Sequence record: NC_049383.1
DNA length: 64,000 nucleotides
Direction: 5' to 3' (one strand)
Below, piece by piece: positions 38,127-47,903 of this stretch; within the stretch, counting starts at the first letter, position 1, and each line of letters begins with the position of its first letter. Position numbers and translations under genes: made by a program. The notes under the pieces are model-generated. The model saw nothing but the letters and a program-made list of their open reading frames with translations, searched no databases and was not told the DNA's origin.

Positions 38127-38561
38127 ATGAATATAAATATTATTAGAGAATACCTTTTATCAGGGTCAGTTTTCGCAAACGATACAAATAATGGTAAACT
38201 TTTTTATAAAGATGGTAAATTAAACTTTGAGTTCAAAAGTGGTAATACTGATATAACTATAATGAACTACCAAATACCTGAGCATTTAAAATTGGTTCTT
38301 ATGCGTATTAGTGATTTGAAAAACTCACCAATGGCTTTAGCAGAAATACATAGCATTTATTCTAAGGCTGTGCCGATTTTAGAAAATATAAGTCATGAAA
38401 CTTTAGCAGATTCTTTGGAAAATGTTGTTAAAGATGGAACTGTATTTGAATTACCATACAATGTTGTAAAACGTCTTATTTCAATGGGTTATGATGTATA
38501 TAATCTTATTGATAGTGGTGATGCTTTAGAACTTAATGTTAAAAACACAACAAATGAATAG
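38127..38561 (+). CDS. Hypothetical protein
   Basis: ORF with TAG stop overlapping next start. Confidence 0.55.
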   Translation: MNINIIREYLLSGSVFANDTNNGKLFYKDGKLNFEFKSGNTDITIMNYQIPEHLKLVLMRISDLKNSPMALAEIHSIYSKAVPILENISHETLADSLENVVKDGTVFELPYNVVKRLISMGYDVYNLIDSGDALELNVKNTTNE

Positions 38562-39573
38562 TTTATTCCCAGTTACACATATTACACCATCAGATGAGCC
38601 ACATATATATGCAATGGTTGGTTTACCTGCAACTGGTAAAAGTACTTACGCAAGACAATTGCGTTTAAAGTTGGAAAAGGAAGGTAAAAATGCGGTAATT
38701 GTTTCACGCGATGCATTAAGAAAACAATTATATGGTTATGATGATTCGAACCTATCACTTTATTATTTGAATGATTCACAAGAAATGTTCAAGAGAATGA
38801 AAAGGATTTCTGAATTTGAAGATAATATGATTTATGATGCATTATCTAGAGGTTATAAAGTTATTTTAGACTCTTCACACCTTGAATATAAGAACATTAA
38901 GAAATTAAAGTACTGGAATGTTCCTGTTGAATTGGTTATCATTGAGGTTGATAAAAAGAACTTCAAAACTATTAAAGGTTTGGATGATAATCGTGAAAAG
39001 GGTATTGGTGAAGATAAGTTGAAAAGACTTTTTGACCGCTATAATTTCACTAGACAGAAGTTAAAAGATGAGCCTTTCGATTTCACACCTATTGAAAAAC
39101 CATCATATGATGTGATGAAAGATAATTGTATAATATTCGATTTAGATGGAACTTTAGCACACAATAATTGTGGAAGACGTTTTAATGACATGACTAGAAC
39201 TGGCGAAGATTCATACCACAATGATATTTGTAGTATATTAGAGCTTATTTCTAGAGGTCGTAATGATAATACATATAAAACTATGTTAAATCGTCAGAAA
39301 AACCCTAGAATAATATTTTGTAGTGGTCGTTCTGAGCAAGCTAAAGAAGATACATTAAACTGGATTTCTAAGATTTATAACGTACATACATCAGACCTAT
39401 ATATGCGAGAAGATGGTGACAAAAGAGAAGATTGGAAAGTTAAGCAGGAAATGTGGGCTAAATTAGAAGAGAATTACAACATTATTGCAATGTTTGATGA
39501 TAGAAGTCAAGTCGTTAGAAGGGCTAGAGCTTTGGGTTATAGAGTATTACAAGTATCACAAAACAATTTTTAA
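38554..39573 (+). CDS. pseT: Polynucleotide 5'-kinase / 3'-phosphatase (PseT-like)
   Basis: N-terminal P-loop GLPATGKST with SRDALR; C-terminal HAD DLDGTL...SGR...FDDR; start 38554 or 38536. Confidence 0.88.
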   Translation: MNSLFPVTHITPSDEPHIYAMVGLPATGKSTYARQLRLKLEKEGKNAVIVSRDALRKQLYGYDDSNLSLYYLNDSQEMFKRMKRISEFEDNMIYDALSRGYKVILDSSHLEYKNIKKLKYWNVPVELVIIEVDKKNFKTIKGLDDNREKGIGEDKLKRLFDRYNFTRQKLKDEPFDFTPIEKPSYDVMKDNCIIFDLDGTLAHNNCGRRFNDMTRTGEDSYHNDICSILELISRGRNDNTYKTMLNRQKNPRIIFCSGRSEQAKEDTLNWISKIYNVHTSDLYMREDGDKREDWKVKQEMWAKLEENYNIIAMFDDRSQVVRRARALGYRVLQVSQNNF

Positions 39574-39576
39574 ATT

Positions 39577-39909
39577 ATGAAAATTGAAGAAAAGGTAATT
39601 TGTAGCGCAATTTGGTGTAAAGAACTACCATTAAAAAATGAGGAAATAACTAAGAATAAAAACATGATACCAAATAATGTTGATAGAGGTATTGTAATTT
39701 CGGGTTGGAGACATCAAAACTGTATAGTACAAATAGTAGCTATAACAGGTCTTAGGATGGCTGAAATAGGTGAATATGAATCAGGATTCTTAACAAATCA
39801 TAATAGATATGTTGGTAGGGAAGAAGGTGCTGAAATAGCACTAAGAACTAAACAAATAGAAAAACTAAATTTTCATTCAAAGCGTCTTTTTAGTGAAGAC
39901 CTTTATTAA
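39577..39909 (+). CDS. Hypothetical phage protein
   Basis: RH...GFLT..NRYV.REE...IA pattern. Confidence 0.6.
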   Translation: MKIEEKVICSAIWCKELPLKNEEITKNKNMIPNNVDRGIVISGWRHQNCIVQIVAITGLRMAEIGEYESGFLTNHNRYVGREEGAEIALRTKQIEKLNFHSKRLFSEDLY

Positions 39910-39927
39910 AACTTAAAAACTTAAAAC

Positions 39928-40194
39928 ATGAATTTCAAAAAATTAGATTTAGGATTATTTTCAGGGTGTATATCACCATATTTAGGTAAACCTATAAAAC
40001 AAGCTATTTCAATTGATTATATTGATGGTAGTTTTTGGTTAACATATATTGAGGATGATTATGAAATACAACACAGTACAACTATTGATATTTTAAATAC
40101 CGAATGTGATTCATTAACATTCTCTAATAGTAGGTTACTAGGTTCATACACATATCAAGGCGTTGTTTATGCAGTATTTGAACGGATTTATTAA
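39928..40194 (+). CDS. Hypothetical protein
   Basis: ORF before convergent hairpin. Confidence 0.5.
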   Translation: MNFKKLDLGLFSGCISPYLGKPIKQAISIDYIDGSFWLTYIEDDYEIQHSTTIDILNTECDSLTFSNSRLLGSYTYQGVVYAVFERIY

Positions 40195-40222
40195 TTAGAT
40201 TCAACCCTATGTGATGTAGGGT

Positions 40223-40546
40223 TTATTTATTAAAGAAAGGGTTATTGGAAAGTGCTTCAATAACCCTTACTGCATTTTCACACTCTTGTTTAAATGACAT
40301 AGCCATTTCATCAGTCATACTAAACCATTCACCTCTTTTACCATATTGATTAAATTTATTATGTAACATCTTTTCAACCTTCAAGTAATGTTTTGTTCTG
40401 AAAGTATCTACAATGATTATTTCATCACTATTACCTGTCTGCATTGATTTAACACGTTTTTCAACAGTAGATGTTGTGAATCCTATTTTGAAAGCTCGTT
40501 CAAAATTTCTATACTCTTCAAGTAAATAAATATATCCTATTTTCAT
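40223..40546 (-). CDS. GIY-YIG superfamily nuclease (T5orf172/MUG113-like)
   Basis: GYIYLL...FKIGFT...RVKSMQTGN...EKMLH...GEWF; ATG 40546 preferred. Confidence 0.85.
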   Translation of the reverse strand: MKIGYIYLLEEYRNFERAFKIGFTTSTVEKRVKSMQTGNSDEIIIVDTFRTKHYLKVEKMLHNKFNQYGKRGEWFSMTDEMAMSFKQECENAVRVIEALSNNPFFNK

Positions 40547-40845
40547 TATAAATTGTTTTGTTATATTAATATAACAATTGAATTTTAAAAGTTGGATTTT
40601 ATTATATTTTTTATACCAAAAAATGAGCCTAAAAATGACCATTACAAATGTTAATTTAATGTTAAGAAAATAGCGAAATTCTCGTGAATGTTAAGTTAAT
40701 GTTAGCAAGTTAAAAATTTTAACATTTTTAACACTTTTCATAATTATTTGATTATTAAATATTTAAGTCGTTTAATGTAAATTTAATGTTAAGAGAATGT
40801 AAACTTAGTGTAATTTTTTCGTGGTTTGTACTGGTAAACGATACA

Positions 40846-40995
40846 ACATATGCAAACTTTATTGTAGTGACAATATTTTAACAAATTCTTTGGAAGATTC
40901 TCAGTAAAACGCATTTTTCGTTGAAAGAAAATCAGTGAAAATGTACCTAGGTGCATTTTCCTTTATATATTATAAATACAAATAACATAAATAAA
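40846..40995. repeat. Dispersed 150-bp non-coding repeat, copy 2 (near-perfect 24-bp palindrome at 40937-40960)
   Basis: Aligns with 11347-11496. Confidence 0.9.
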
Positions 40996-41071
40996 CTTAA
41001 AAATGACTGTTTAAAAAATGTTTGGTTTATGTGTTAAAAATAACTATATTTGCTCACTAAAAATTTATAAA

Positions 41072-42130
41072 ATGAAAGTAGATTTAAAATTAAGTGGATT
41101 AGCTCTTTTTCAAACATTACGGAACTATGAAAAACGTGGTTTGGTAATTTCACAAAGACATCCACAAAACAAAGAAATTATTATTTGGAATTATTCTAAA
41201 CAAACTCAATATGATAATCATTGGGATGAAATAACTTTGAATGCACGTAGTTTGGTAACGAATACCAAAGGTGATATTATTGCTCGTGGTTTTCCTAAGT
41301 TTTTCAATTATGAAGAACCTGAGTTCGAATTACCTGATACAAAACTCTATAATATTAAGTATTTCAAAAAGCTAGATGGTTCTCTTATCTTGCTTTTCAA
41401 TTATGAGGGTCGTTGGTATGTTTCATCTAGAGGTTCTTTTGAATCAGACCAATGCAATATGGCTAAATCAATACTTCGTGATAAATACAACGGATATTCT
41501 AATTGGTTGGATAAAGATTTAACATATTGTTTAGAACTTATACACCCATCAAATAGAGTTGTTGTTGATTATGGTGATGAAGAAGATTTGATTATGATAG
41601 GTATTTTGACATCAAATATGCAAAGTGTCGATATGTCAAAACTTACTTGTGGTGATTTCAGATATCAAAAAGAAGAGTTGATACCTTTTGATGATTTCAA
41701 ATTAATACAGCAACAAGATACTGAAAATGAGGAAGGGTATGTTATGCTATTCCCTAATGGATATCGTGGAAAGATTAAGTTTGAGAATTATAAGTACTTG
41801 CATTATTTGTATGGTGAATTTTCACCTTTAGCTATTTGGAAGTGTTTGAAAGAAAAAGATAATGATAGATTGATGTTTATAAAGGATAATACACCCGATG
41901 AGTTCTATGATGAGGTTAAAAAATGTATTTTCAAACTTAAAAAACAATTCTTTCAAATAAAGAACACAATATTAAGCGATTTAAACGACTTTTTACCTGA
42001 CGACTATATAAACGACCATGAATTGTTTAAAAGTCTCGGAAAACGTCTAATAACAGCCTTTAACGATGAATATAAGCTAGATAGGATGATATGGGATGAT
42101 ATAAAACCTAAAAACAATATTTTTTCATAA
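41072..42130 (+). CDS. rnlA: RNA ligase 1 (T4 Rnl1-like)
   Basis: ARGFPKFFNY, KLDGSL (adenylated Lys), SRGSF, ELIHPSNR, EGYV, KIKFE; ATG 41072 after TATATTTG. Confidence 0.9.
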   Translation: MKVDLKLSGLALFQTLRNYEKRGLVISQRHPQNKEIIIWNYSKQTQYDNHWDEITLNARSLVTNTKGDIIARGFPKFFNYEEPEFELPDTKLYNIKYFKKLDGSLILLFNYEGRWYVSSRGSFESDQCNMAKSILRDKYNGYSNWLDKDLTYCLELIHPSNRVVVDYGDEEDLIMIGILTSNMQSVDMSKLTCGDFRYQKEELIPFDDFKLIQQQDTENEEGYVMLFPNGYRGKIKFENYKYLHYLYGEFSPLAIWKCLKEKDNDRLMFIKDNTPDEFYDEVKKCIFKLKKQFFQIKNTILSDLNDFLPDDYINDHELFKSLGKRLITAFNDEYKLDRMIWDDIKPKNNIFS

Positions 42131-42199
42131 TATTTTTAAAAAATTTCTTGTGAGTAATAAAAATTTGATTTATCTTTGTCATAAGAAATTAATAAAAAC

Positions 42200-42550
42200 A
42201 TGGAAAATTCAAACACATTAAACGTAAATTCAAGACCAAAGATGATAAGAAATATTTTAGTATTAATTTTCATGATGGTTGCAACATTAACATTTGGTCA
42301 AACTAAAGTTATACCAAACGTTAATTCTGATTATGTTTCAGTAAAAGTTAAAGGTGATTCTTTAGTTGTAAAATCTGATTTCAAAATCAATAAGATTTTC
42401 ATTTCAAAAGGTGTTTCAACTACAAGAAAGGAGTTTTATAATCTTGATAGCTTAAAGTTATCGACAAAAGATTTGTTTAATGGTAGAAATATTTTTATGA
42501 TTTCTACGAATAGAAAAATTGTTGTAATATCAGTAGAGAATGGGAAATAA
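42200..42550 (+). CDS. Secreted protein, possibly resembling a T9SS C-terminal domain
   Basis: Signal-peptide-like MIRNILVLIFMMVATLTFG-Q followed by an about 80-aa beta-rich domain. Confidence 0.5.
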   Translation: MENSNTLNVNSRPKMIRNILVLIFMMVATLTFGQTKVIPNVNSDYVSVKVKGDSLVVKSDFKINKIFISKGVSTTRKEFYNLDSLKLSTKDLFNGRNIFMISTNRKIVVISVENGK

Positions 42551-43040
42551 AAACGAATTAATAGAAATTAGTATTTCAAGAGGTGTTTTAGAGTATTTAA
42601 TATTAAATTCATTTCCAAAATATCACTTACTAAAAGATGATGAAGACCTGAAAGAATTAGGGGATTATAAAAAATCTTCTGATGGTGGAAATACTGGTGA
42701 TGGTTATAATTTCATTTGGAATTTTTCAAGATTGCAAGATTTAGAATTAGTAAAACTTAAAGAAATTTATGAAAAGATTCAAGACTATCACTATAATTAT
42801 CGAGTTATAGTTGAGCGTGTTGATTCATCTAATAACATGGTTTCAATTCGTGATTTCTATGGTAATGGTTTAGAAGGTAATACACATGATTTTTATAATG
42901 GTGTTTCATCTATTTATAAGGATTTTATTGAATTTAATAATACTGTTGAATTTAAGAGAGCTTTAGTTGATTACTGGTTGAAGCAAAACAAGAAAATGAA
43001 GTTTAAATTTATAAAAGAAAATTATAATTATGAATTATAA
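42540..43040 (+). CDS. Hypothetical protein
   Basis: Overlapping operon ORF. Confidence 0.55.
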   Translation: MGNKNELIEISISRGVLEYLILNSFPKYHLLKDDEDLKELGDYKKSSDGGNTGDGYNFIWNFSRLQDLELVKLKEIYEKIQDYHYNYRVIVERVDSSNNMVSIRDFYGNGLEGNTHDFYNGVSSIYKDFIEFNNTVEFKRALVDYWLKQNKKMKFKFIKENYNYEL

Positions 43041-43761
43041 AATTAATAAAGAACACGCGGATTTGTTATTGAAAAATACAGAATCTAAATTACTTTTTGG
43101 CTCTCGTTTATTAGGAACAAACACAGATACATCGGATTATGATTATATCTGTTTATATGACTTTAAAAAGGTTTTTGGATTCCATGAAGATGAAGTTTTC
43201 ATAGGATTACCTAATATACACAGTCTTCAATTTGATGATACCGAAAATAACACACAATATGTGTTTATGACTAAGTTACAATACATCAAATGTATTACAT
43301 CAGGTGATGGAACTATGGCTGTAGATACAATGATTTTCGACCCCGAAAAGGATGTTAGAGAAGACCCTAATAATGAAATTTTAAACTTGGTTCGTACATC
43401 AAAAGTCATAAAAGCATATTTAGGAGTAGCTAAAAGAGATTTGAAACTACACCCTCATAATCCAAAGAAAAGATTTCATGCAATGCGTTCACTTTATATT
43501 GCTAACTCTTTGATGGATGGCGAATTACCAAAGAAAAGTGAAATTCAAAAGTTTGATGGTTCAAAAAAGCCCGAATATTATAAATATTTAACTAATGTTT
43601 ATAGAGAACGGTTTATAAAAATGGTTGAAAATCAAGAGCTTAAAATGTATTATCTACCATCTATTGAAGAAATAGTAAATGATATTGGGTTGGATGAATT
43701 GCGTTCTAGCTTATTAGGTCAAATACTTATTTTAAATAACATTAGGGAGTTTAGATATTAA
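43030..43761 (+). CDS. Pol-beta superfamily nucleotidyltransferase
   Basis: LFGSRLLGTNTDTSDYDY (GS...DxD) and K..FHAMRSL helical motif. Confidence 0.8.
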   Translation: MNYKINKEHADLLLKNTESKLLFGSRLLGTNTDTSDYDYICLYDFKKVFGFHEDEVFIGLPNIHSLQFDDTENNTQYVFMTKLQYIKCITSGDGTMAVDTMIFDPEKDVREDPNNEILNLVRTSKVIKAYLGVAKRDLKLHPHNPKKRFHAMRSLYIANSLMDGELPKKSEIQKFDGSKKPEYYKYLTNVYRERFIKMVENQELKMYYLPSIEEIVNDIGLDELRSSLLGQILILNNIREFRY

Positions 43762-43830
43762 AAAAAGTGAGATTTCTTTTTGAAGTCTCACTTTTTTGTT
43801 TTAGATTTGTAATAACAAAATAATTTAACA

Positions 43831-44643
43831 ATGGAAAAAAGTAAAAATTCAGTATTAGATAAAATCGAAAAGCTATTATCATTAGCTAATAATGAGGGAG
43901 CAAGCCAAGGAGAAATAGAAAATGCTATGAAAATGGCTGAGAAGCTAATGTTAAAACATGACATTGAGGCTGTTGATATAGAGATTGGTTCATTAGAAGT
44001 TAATGAAACTAAGGTTCAATTCGAAGAGGAAAAAGGATTTTACCCAAAGTGGCGTTATGAATTACTTAAAGAATTAGCATTAGCTAATATGTGTGAGCAT
44101 TTCTATAGTGATAAAAGAACTGCTGTTAATGTTATGACAGGTATGGGATGGAAATATGTTGTTCGTAAAACTGGTGAGTATTCTGTTACAATTATTGGTA
44201 GAAAAGACCGTAGAAAGACAGTATTTAAAATGTATGATTTATGTTCTAAGATGTTGCCTGAATTGGCGAAACAACGTTGGAAAGAATATCGTACACAAAA
44301 AGTTAAAAGTGCTAAAGAAATGGGAATCGATGCTACAGTTTCATTTTTGGTTAAGCATGATTTGATGTTTGATAGAAGAGTATTTTTTAATTCTTATTTG
44401 AAAGGTGCTTTTAAAGGTATTGTTGAGAAAATAGAATCTAATCTTGATGAATTATCACCTGCTGAAAAAGATAAATATCAGTTAGTTGTTGCAAAGAATG
44501 ACTTAGTTGTTCGAAATTATTTAACTGAAAAATATCCTAGTGTTAAATCTGTTAATAGAAGAAAAGGTAATATTAGTGCAGAGGCTTATAGAATGGGTGA
44601 ATCTGATGCTAAAAATATTGGAGAGAAACAATTAAATGCATAA
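43831..44643 (+). CDS. DUF2786-domain protein
   Basis: LDKIEKLLSLA....ASQGEIENAMKMAEKLMLKH and C-terminal AYRMG. Confidence 0.75.
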   Translation: MEKSKNSVLDKIEKLLSLANNEGASQGEIENAMKMAEKLMLKHDIEAVDIEIGSLEVNETKVQFEEEKGFYPKWRYELLKELALANMCEHFYSDKRTAVNVMTGMGWKYVVRKTGEYSVTIIGRKDRRKTVFKMYDLCSKMLPELAKQRWKEYRTQKVKSAKEMGIDATVSFLVKHDLMFDRRVFFNSYLKGAFKGIVEKIESNLDELSPAEKDKYQLVVAKNDLVVRNYLTEKYPSVKSVNRRKGNISAEAYRMGESDAKNIGEKQLNA

Positions 44644-45139
44644 AAATATGGGTATTGTTTTTAAAAGTAAAGTTATTTCAGGTACTGGTCACAGATTAGA
44701 CCCGTACAAAAAACCATATGATAAAAGAAAAGCTATAGATGTTACAAAGTCGGTTTTAGAGGAATTGAAACCGACTAAAGTTATTTCGGGTATGGCTTTA
44801 GGATTTGATACACATTTGGCTTTGGCGAGTTTGGAACTTGGTATTCCATTAGAATGTGCAATGCCTTATAAGGATTTTGGTACTCGTTGGAGTTCTAATC
44901 ACCAAAAAATTAGAGATTATATTTTAGGTGAATCCATGAAAGTTACAATTGTAAGTGATGGATTATATCATATTTCTAAATTACAAATAAGAAATGAATA
45001 CTTGGTAAATAATTGTAATACACTTTTAGCTTTCTTTAATGGAACTAATGGTGGAACAAAGAATTGTATTGAGTATGCAAAGAAAGTAGATAAAGAAATT
45101 ATTAACATTTTTGAAAAATATGAATCATGGAAATATTAA
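44636..45139 (+). CDS. SLOG family protein (YspA/DUF1273-like)
   Basis: TGHR, ISGMALGFD, RNEYLV, GGTKNCIEYA. Confidence 0.85.
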   Translation: MHKNMGIVFKSKVISGTGHRLDPYKKPYDKRKAIDVTKSVLEELKPTKVISGMALGFDTHLALASLELGIPLECAMPYKDFGTRWSSNHQKIRDYILGESMKVTIVSDGLYHISKLQIRNEYLVNNCNTLLAFFNGTNGGTKNCIEYAKKVDKEIINIFEKYESWKY

Positions 45140-45273
45140 CAGCTTTAATAGAATTTTTTGTTGAATTGGGTGTGGCAATGTCATTTAATAAAGATAAAGA
45201 TGGAAAATTTGGATGTTTAATTCTTTTTGTAATTTTTATCGTATTAATTGTTGGTTTATGTATTTTTATTTAA
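45127..45273 (+). CDS. Small membrane protein (48 aa, not in ORF track)
   Basis: MEILTALIEFFVELGVAMSFNKDKDGKFGCLILFVIFIVLIVGLCIFI. Confidence 0.55.
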   Translation: MEILTALIEFFVELGVAMSFNKDKDGKFGCLILFVIFIVLIVGLCIFI

Positions 45274-45286
45274 TACATTTGTACTT

Positions 45287-45544
45287 ATGAAACATTATTT
45301 AGCACACACGGATTTATATGATAAGATGCAAGACATGGAATCATTGAAAACAACAATTGATAATTACTTGGTAGCATTGGTTACTATTAACGATAAGTTA
45401 AACGGAAATCAACCTTTGGGTGTTTTTGATAGAGTTAATGAACTTAAACATGAGAAGGTGATATCAGAAAAAGTTGTAACTAGATTAAAACAAAGATATA
45501 ATAGAATTTTAAAATCAATTAATTTTTATGGCGCGACCATCTAA
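45287..45544 (+). CDS. Hypothetical protein
   Basis: ATG 45287 preferred over TTG 45248. Confidence 0.55.
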   Translation: MKHYLAHTDLYDKMQDMESLKTTIDNYLVALVTINDKLNGNQPLGVFDRVNELKHEKVISEKVVTRLKQRYNRILKSINFYGATI

Positions 45545-46898
45545 AATGACTATCTCGGATTTTTTCGAGAAGGAGTATGCAACAAAGTATGTGAAATATA
45601 CTTATGAGGAAAGAGCAATACCGTCTTTAATAGACGGACTTAAACCATCTTATAGAAAATCACTTTATTCAGCACTAACATTTATGAAGAAAGGTAAAAC
45701 AGTTAGTGGTTTAGAAATCGTTGGTGAGACTTATAAAAAGTCAGCTTATCATCACGGTAATAGTTCTATTGAAGATGTAATTATTAATCAAGGAGCATCT
45801 TATAAAGATAACACAGCACCATTCATCATTAGTGGTTCGGGTGGTGATTTAAGAAACCAAAACGCATCAGCTATTCGTTATCTTAAATTCATGTTATCCG
45901 ACTTTTCATCTTTATATAATGTTGATTTAGATATACTTGAACATAACTATGATGGTGAAAATAAGATTGAACCGACTTTCTTTTTACCTATTGTTCCTTT
46001 AGTATTAACAGCAAAGTCTAAGGGCGCGGCGGTTGGATTTGCATTCTCAAATGGTATTCAATATAGTTTGGAATCTATTACAGAGGCATCATTAGTTGCA
46101 TTGGAAAACTTAGGTAGAAAGAAACAAGTTGAATTAACTCAATTAACACCGTTTGTAGATGGTTACGATAATGGTTATGAGTATGTTGGTGAGGATAAAT
46201 GGAAAACTACTTCAAAATATACCATTAAGGGTAATAAAGTTATTATTGAAGGATTACCAGTTGCAGAGACATTTGATTCATTTGAAAAGAATTTATCTAC
46301 ACTTATTGATAAGGAGAAGATTGTAAATTTTGTAAATGAGACTTCTGATAAGTGTATAAAGTATATTGTAACGTTCAATAGAACTAACTTACAGAAGCTT
46401 ATTAAAAATAGTAATGAGCCTTTAGAGAAGTTATTGAGATTAACAAGTATTTCACATAAGAATGTTTATGTTTTCTTGGATGAAAATAAGGATATTATTG
46501 AATCTTTGAATACACCAAATAAGGTTATCGAGTACTTTGTTAGATATCGTTTAAGTCGATATAATGACCGAAAGAAATTGATGATTAAAAATATAACGGA
46601 ACAAATCGATATCAAAACTGATATTTCTAGGTTTATTAAGGCTGTTGTTGATGGTAAATTAGAGTTAAGAAATAGACCTATAAAAGAGATTAAAGCATAC
46701 TTAACAAAAGAAAATATTAAGCATCATGTTTTGGATGTTAAGGTCACAAAGATAACTAAAGAAGAGTACTTGAAGTTATTGAAAGAAATTGATTCAATGG
46801 AAAATGAGCGCGAGAAGATTCGCAAAACAAAAATTGAATCGATGTATAAAACGGATTTAAAAGAATTATTAACCCATTTAAAAACTAAGAAAAAATGA
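45528..46898 (+). CDS. Type IIA DNA topoisomerase, breakage-reunion subunit (T4 gp52 / GyrA-like)
   Basis: RAIPSLIDGLKP..RK, YHHG..S, ASAIRY (catalytic Tyr), IEPTFFLPIVP, GAAVGF. Confidence 0.93.
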   Translation: MARPSKMTISDFFEKEYATKYVKYTYEERAIPSLIDGLKPSYRKSLYSALTFMKKGKTVSGLEIVGETYKKSAYHHGNSSIEDVIINQGASYKDNTAPFIISGSGGDLRNQNASAIRYLKFMLSDFSSLYNVDLDILEHNYDGENKIEPTFFLPIVPLVLTAKSKGAAVGFAFSNGIQYSLESITEASLVALENLGRKKQVELTQLTPFVDGYDNGYEYVGEDKWKTTSKYTIKGNKVIIEGLPVAETFDSFEKNLSTLIDKEKIVNFVNETSDKCIKYIVTFNRTNLQKLIKNSNEPLEKLLRLTSISHKNVYVFLDENKDIIESLNTPNKVIEYFVRYRLSRYNDRKKLMIKNITEQIDIKTDISRFIKAVVDGKLELRNRPIKEIKAYLTKENIKHHVLDVKVTKITKEEYLKLLKEIDSMENEREKIRKTKIESMYKTDLKELLTHLKTKKK

Positions 46899-47821
46899 TG
46901 AACTTTATTTACGGTGTTTTAACAACACTATATTTCGTATTTAATACTTATGCAATGTTTGAAGAAGCAAAACATAATAGCATGAATGAAAAATCAAAAT
47001 TTAAAAGATACCTAAGATTAACCTATGTTTTCTTTTTTGCCTCGTTAGAATTGATGTTTTACATTTTAACACATTTATTAAAGTTTGTATTACCTTTAGA
47101 TTTTATTAAAATGTCATTTTTAAAGACCTTTTGGAAATCTAAGTATAAAAAGATGTATGAAAGTGAAATTATGAGAGATTATATATCTAGAATGGCTGAA
47201 AGGGCGAGAAAAGAGAAACCTTGGTATTATATTCCTCGATATAATTGGATTTTGGGTGATAAGTTATTAAAAGGTGAGCGTATTTTATTTGCAAAGATTA
47301 AGTACTATTTGGATTGTGCTTCTGATATAAGTGATTGGGAATCATATGCTAGATTTTTCTATAGTTTCAATACATATTTAATATTATTGTTGATAAATCA
47401 TTACACGTTAAATCTTGAAGTATATTTTATTTTAATCATTTATATACCAATAGGTATTTTATATAATATTTTGTATAGTAAACAAAAGTATAGGGAAATT
47501 TTAGATAAATATGCTTTAGATGGCATTTTTAGAGTAGCTGTTTCTAGGTATATAAGATACATCTACTATTGGATTGTTATAATTACTGTATTATTACTAT
47601 CTTTCATAATTTTTGATGTAAATACAACATACAACTATAGTAAATTACTAAATGATAATGATTTTCTTACAAACACTATCATAATTATTATAAATTCATT
47701 TCCTTTGGTTTTTGAAATTATAAGACAATCTAGAAGAAAATCAAAAGGTTTAAGTTTCCGATTTTTACCATTATTAGTAATGTTGTTTTATACTTTCATA
47801 TTCACATTAGCAACAATTTAA
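46895..47821 (+). CDS. Multi-pass membrane protein
   Basis: Several long hydrophobic segments. Confidence 0.55.
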   Translation: MMNFIYGVLTTLYFVFNTYAMFEEAKHNSMNEKSKFKRYLRLTYVFFFASLELMFYILTHLLKFVLPLDFIKMSFLKTFWKSKYKKMYESEIMRDYISRMAERARKEKPWYYIPRYNWILGDKLLKGERILFAKIKYYLDCASDISDWESYARFFYSFNTYLILLLINHYTLNLEVYFILIIYIPIGILYNILYSKQKYREILDKYALDGIFRVAVSRYIRYIYYWIVIITVLLLSFIIFDVNTTYNYSKLLNDNDFLTNTIIIIINSFPLVFEIIRQSRRKSKGLSFRFLPLLVMLFYTFIFTLATI

Positions 47822-47903
47822 AATAAAAATCCTGTATTTCTACAGGATTTTTATTTTTTTATATCATATTTAATCACTATATTTGCTAAAAATATTTTTA
47901 ATT

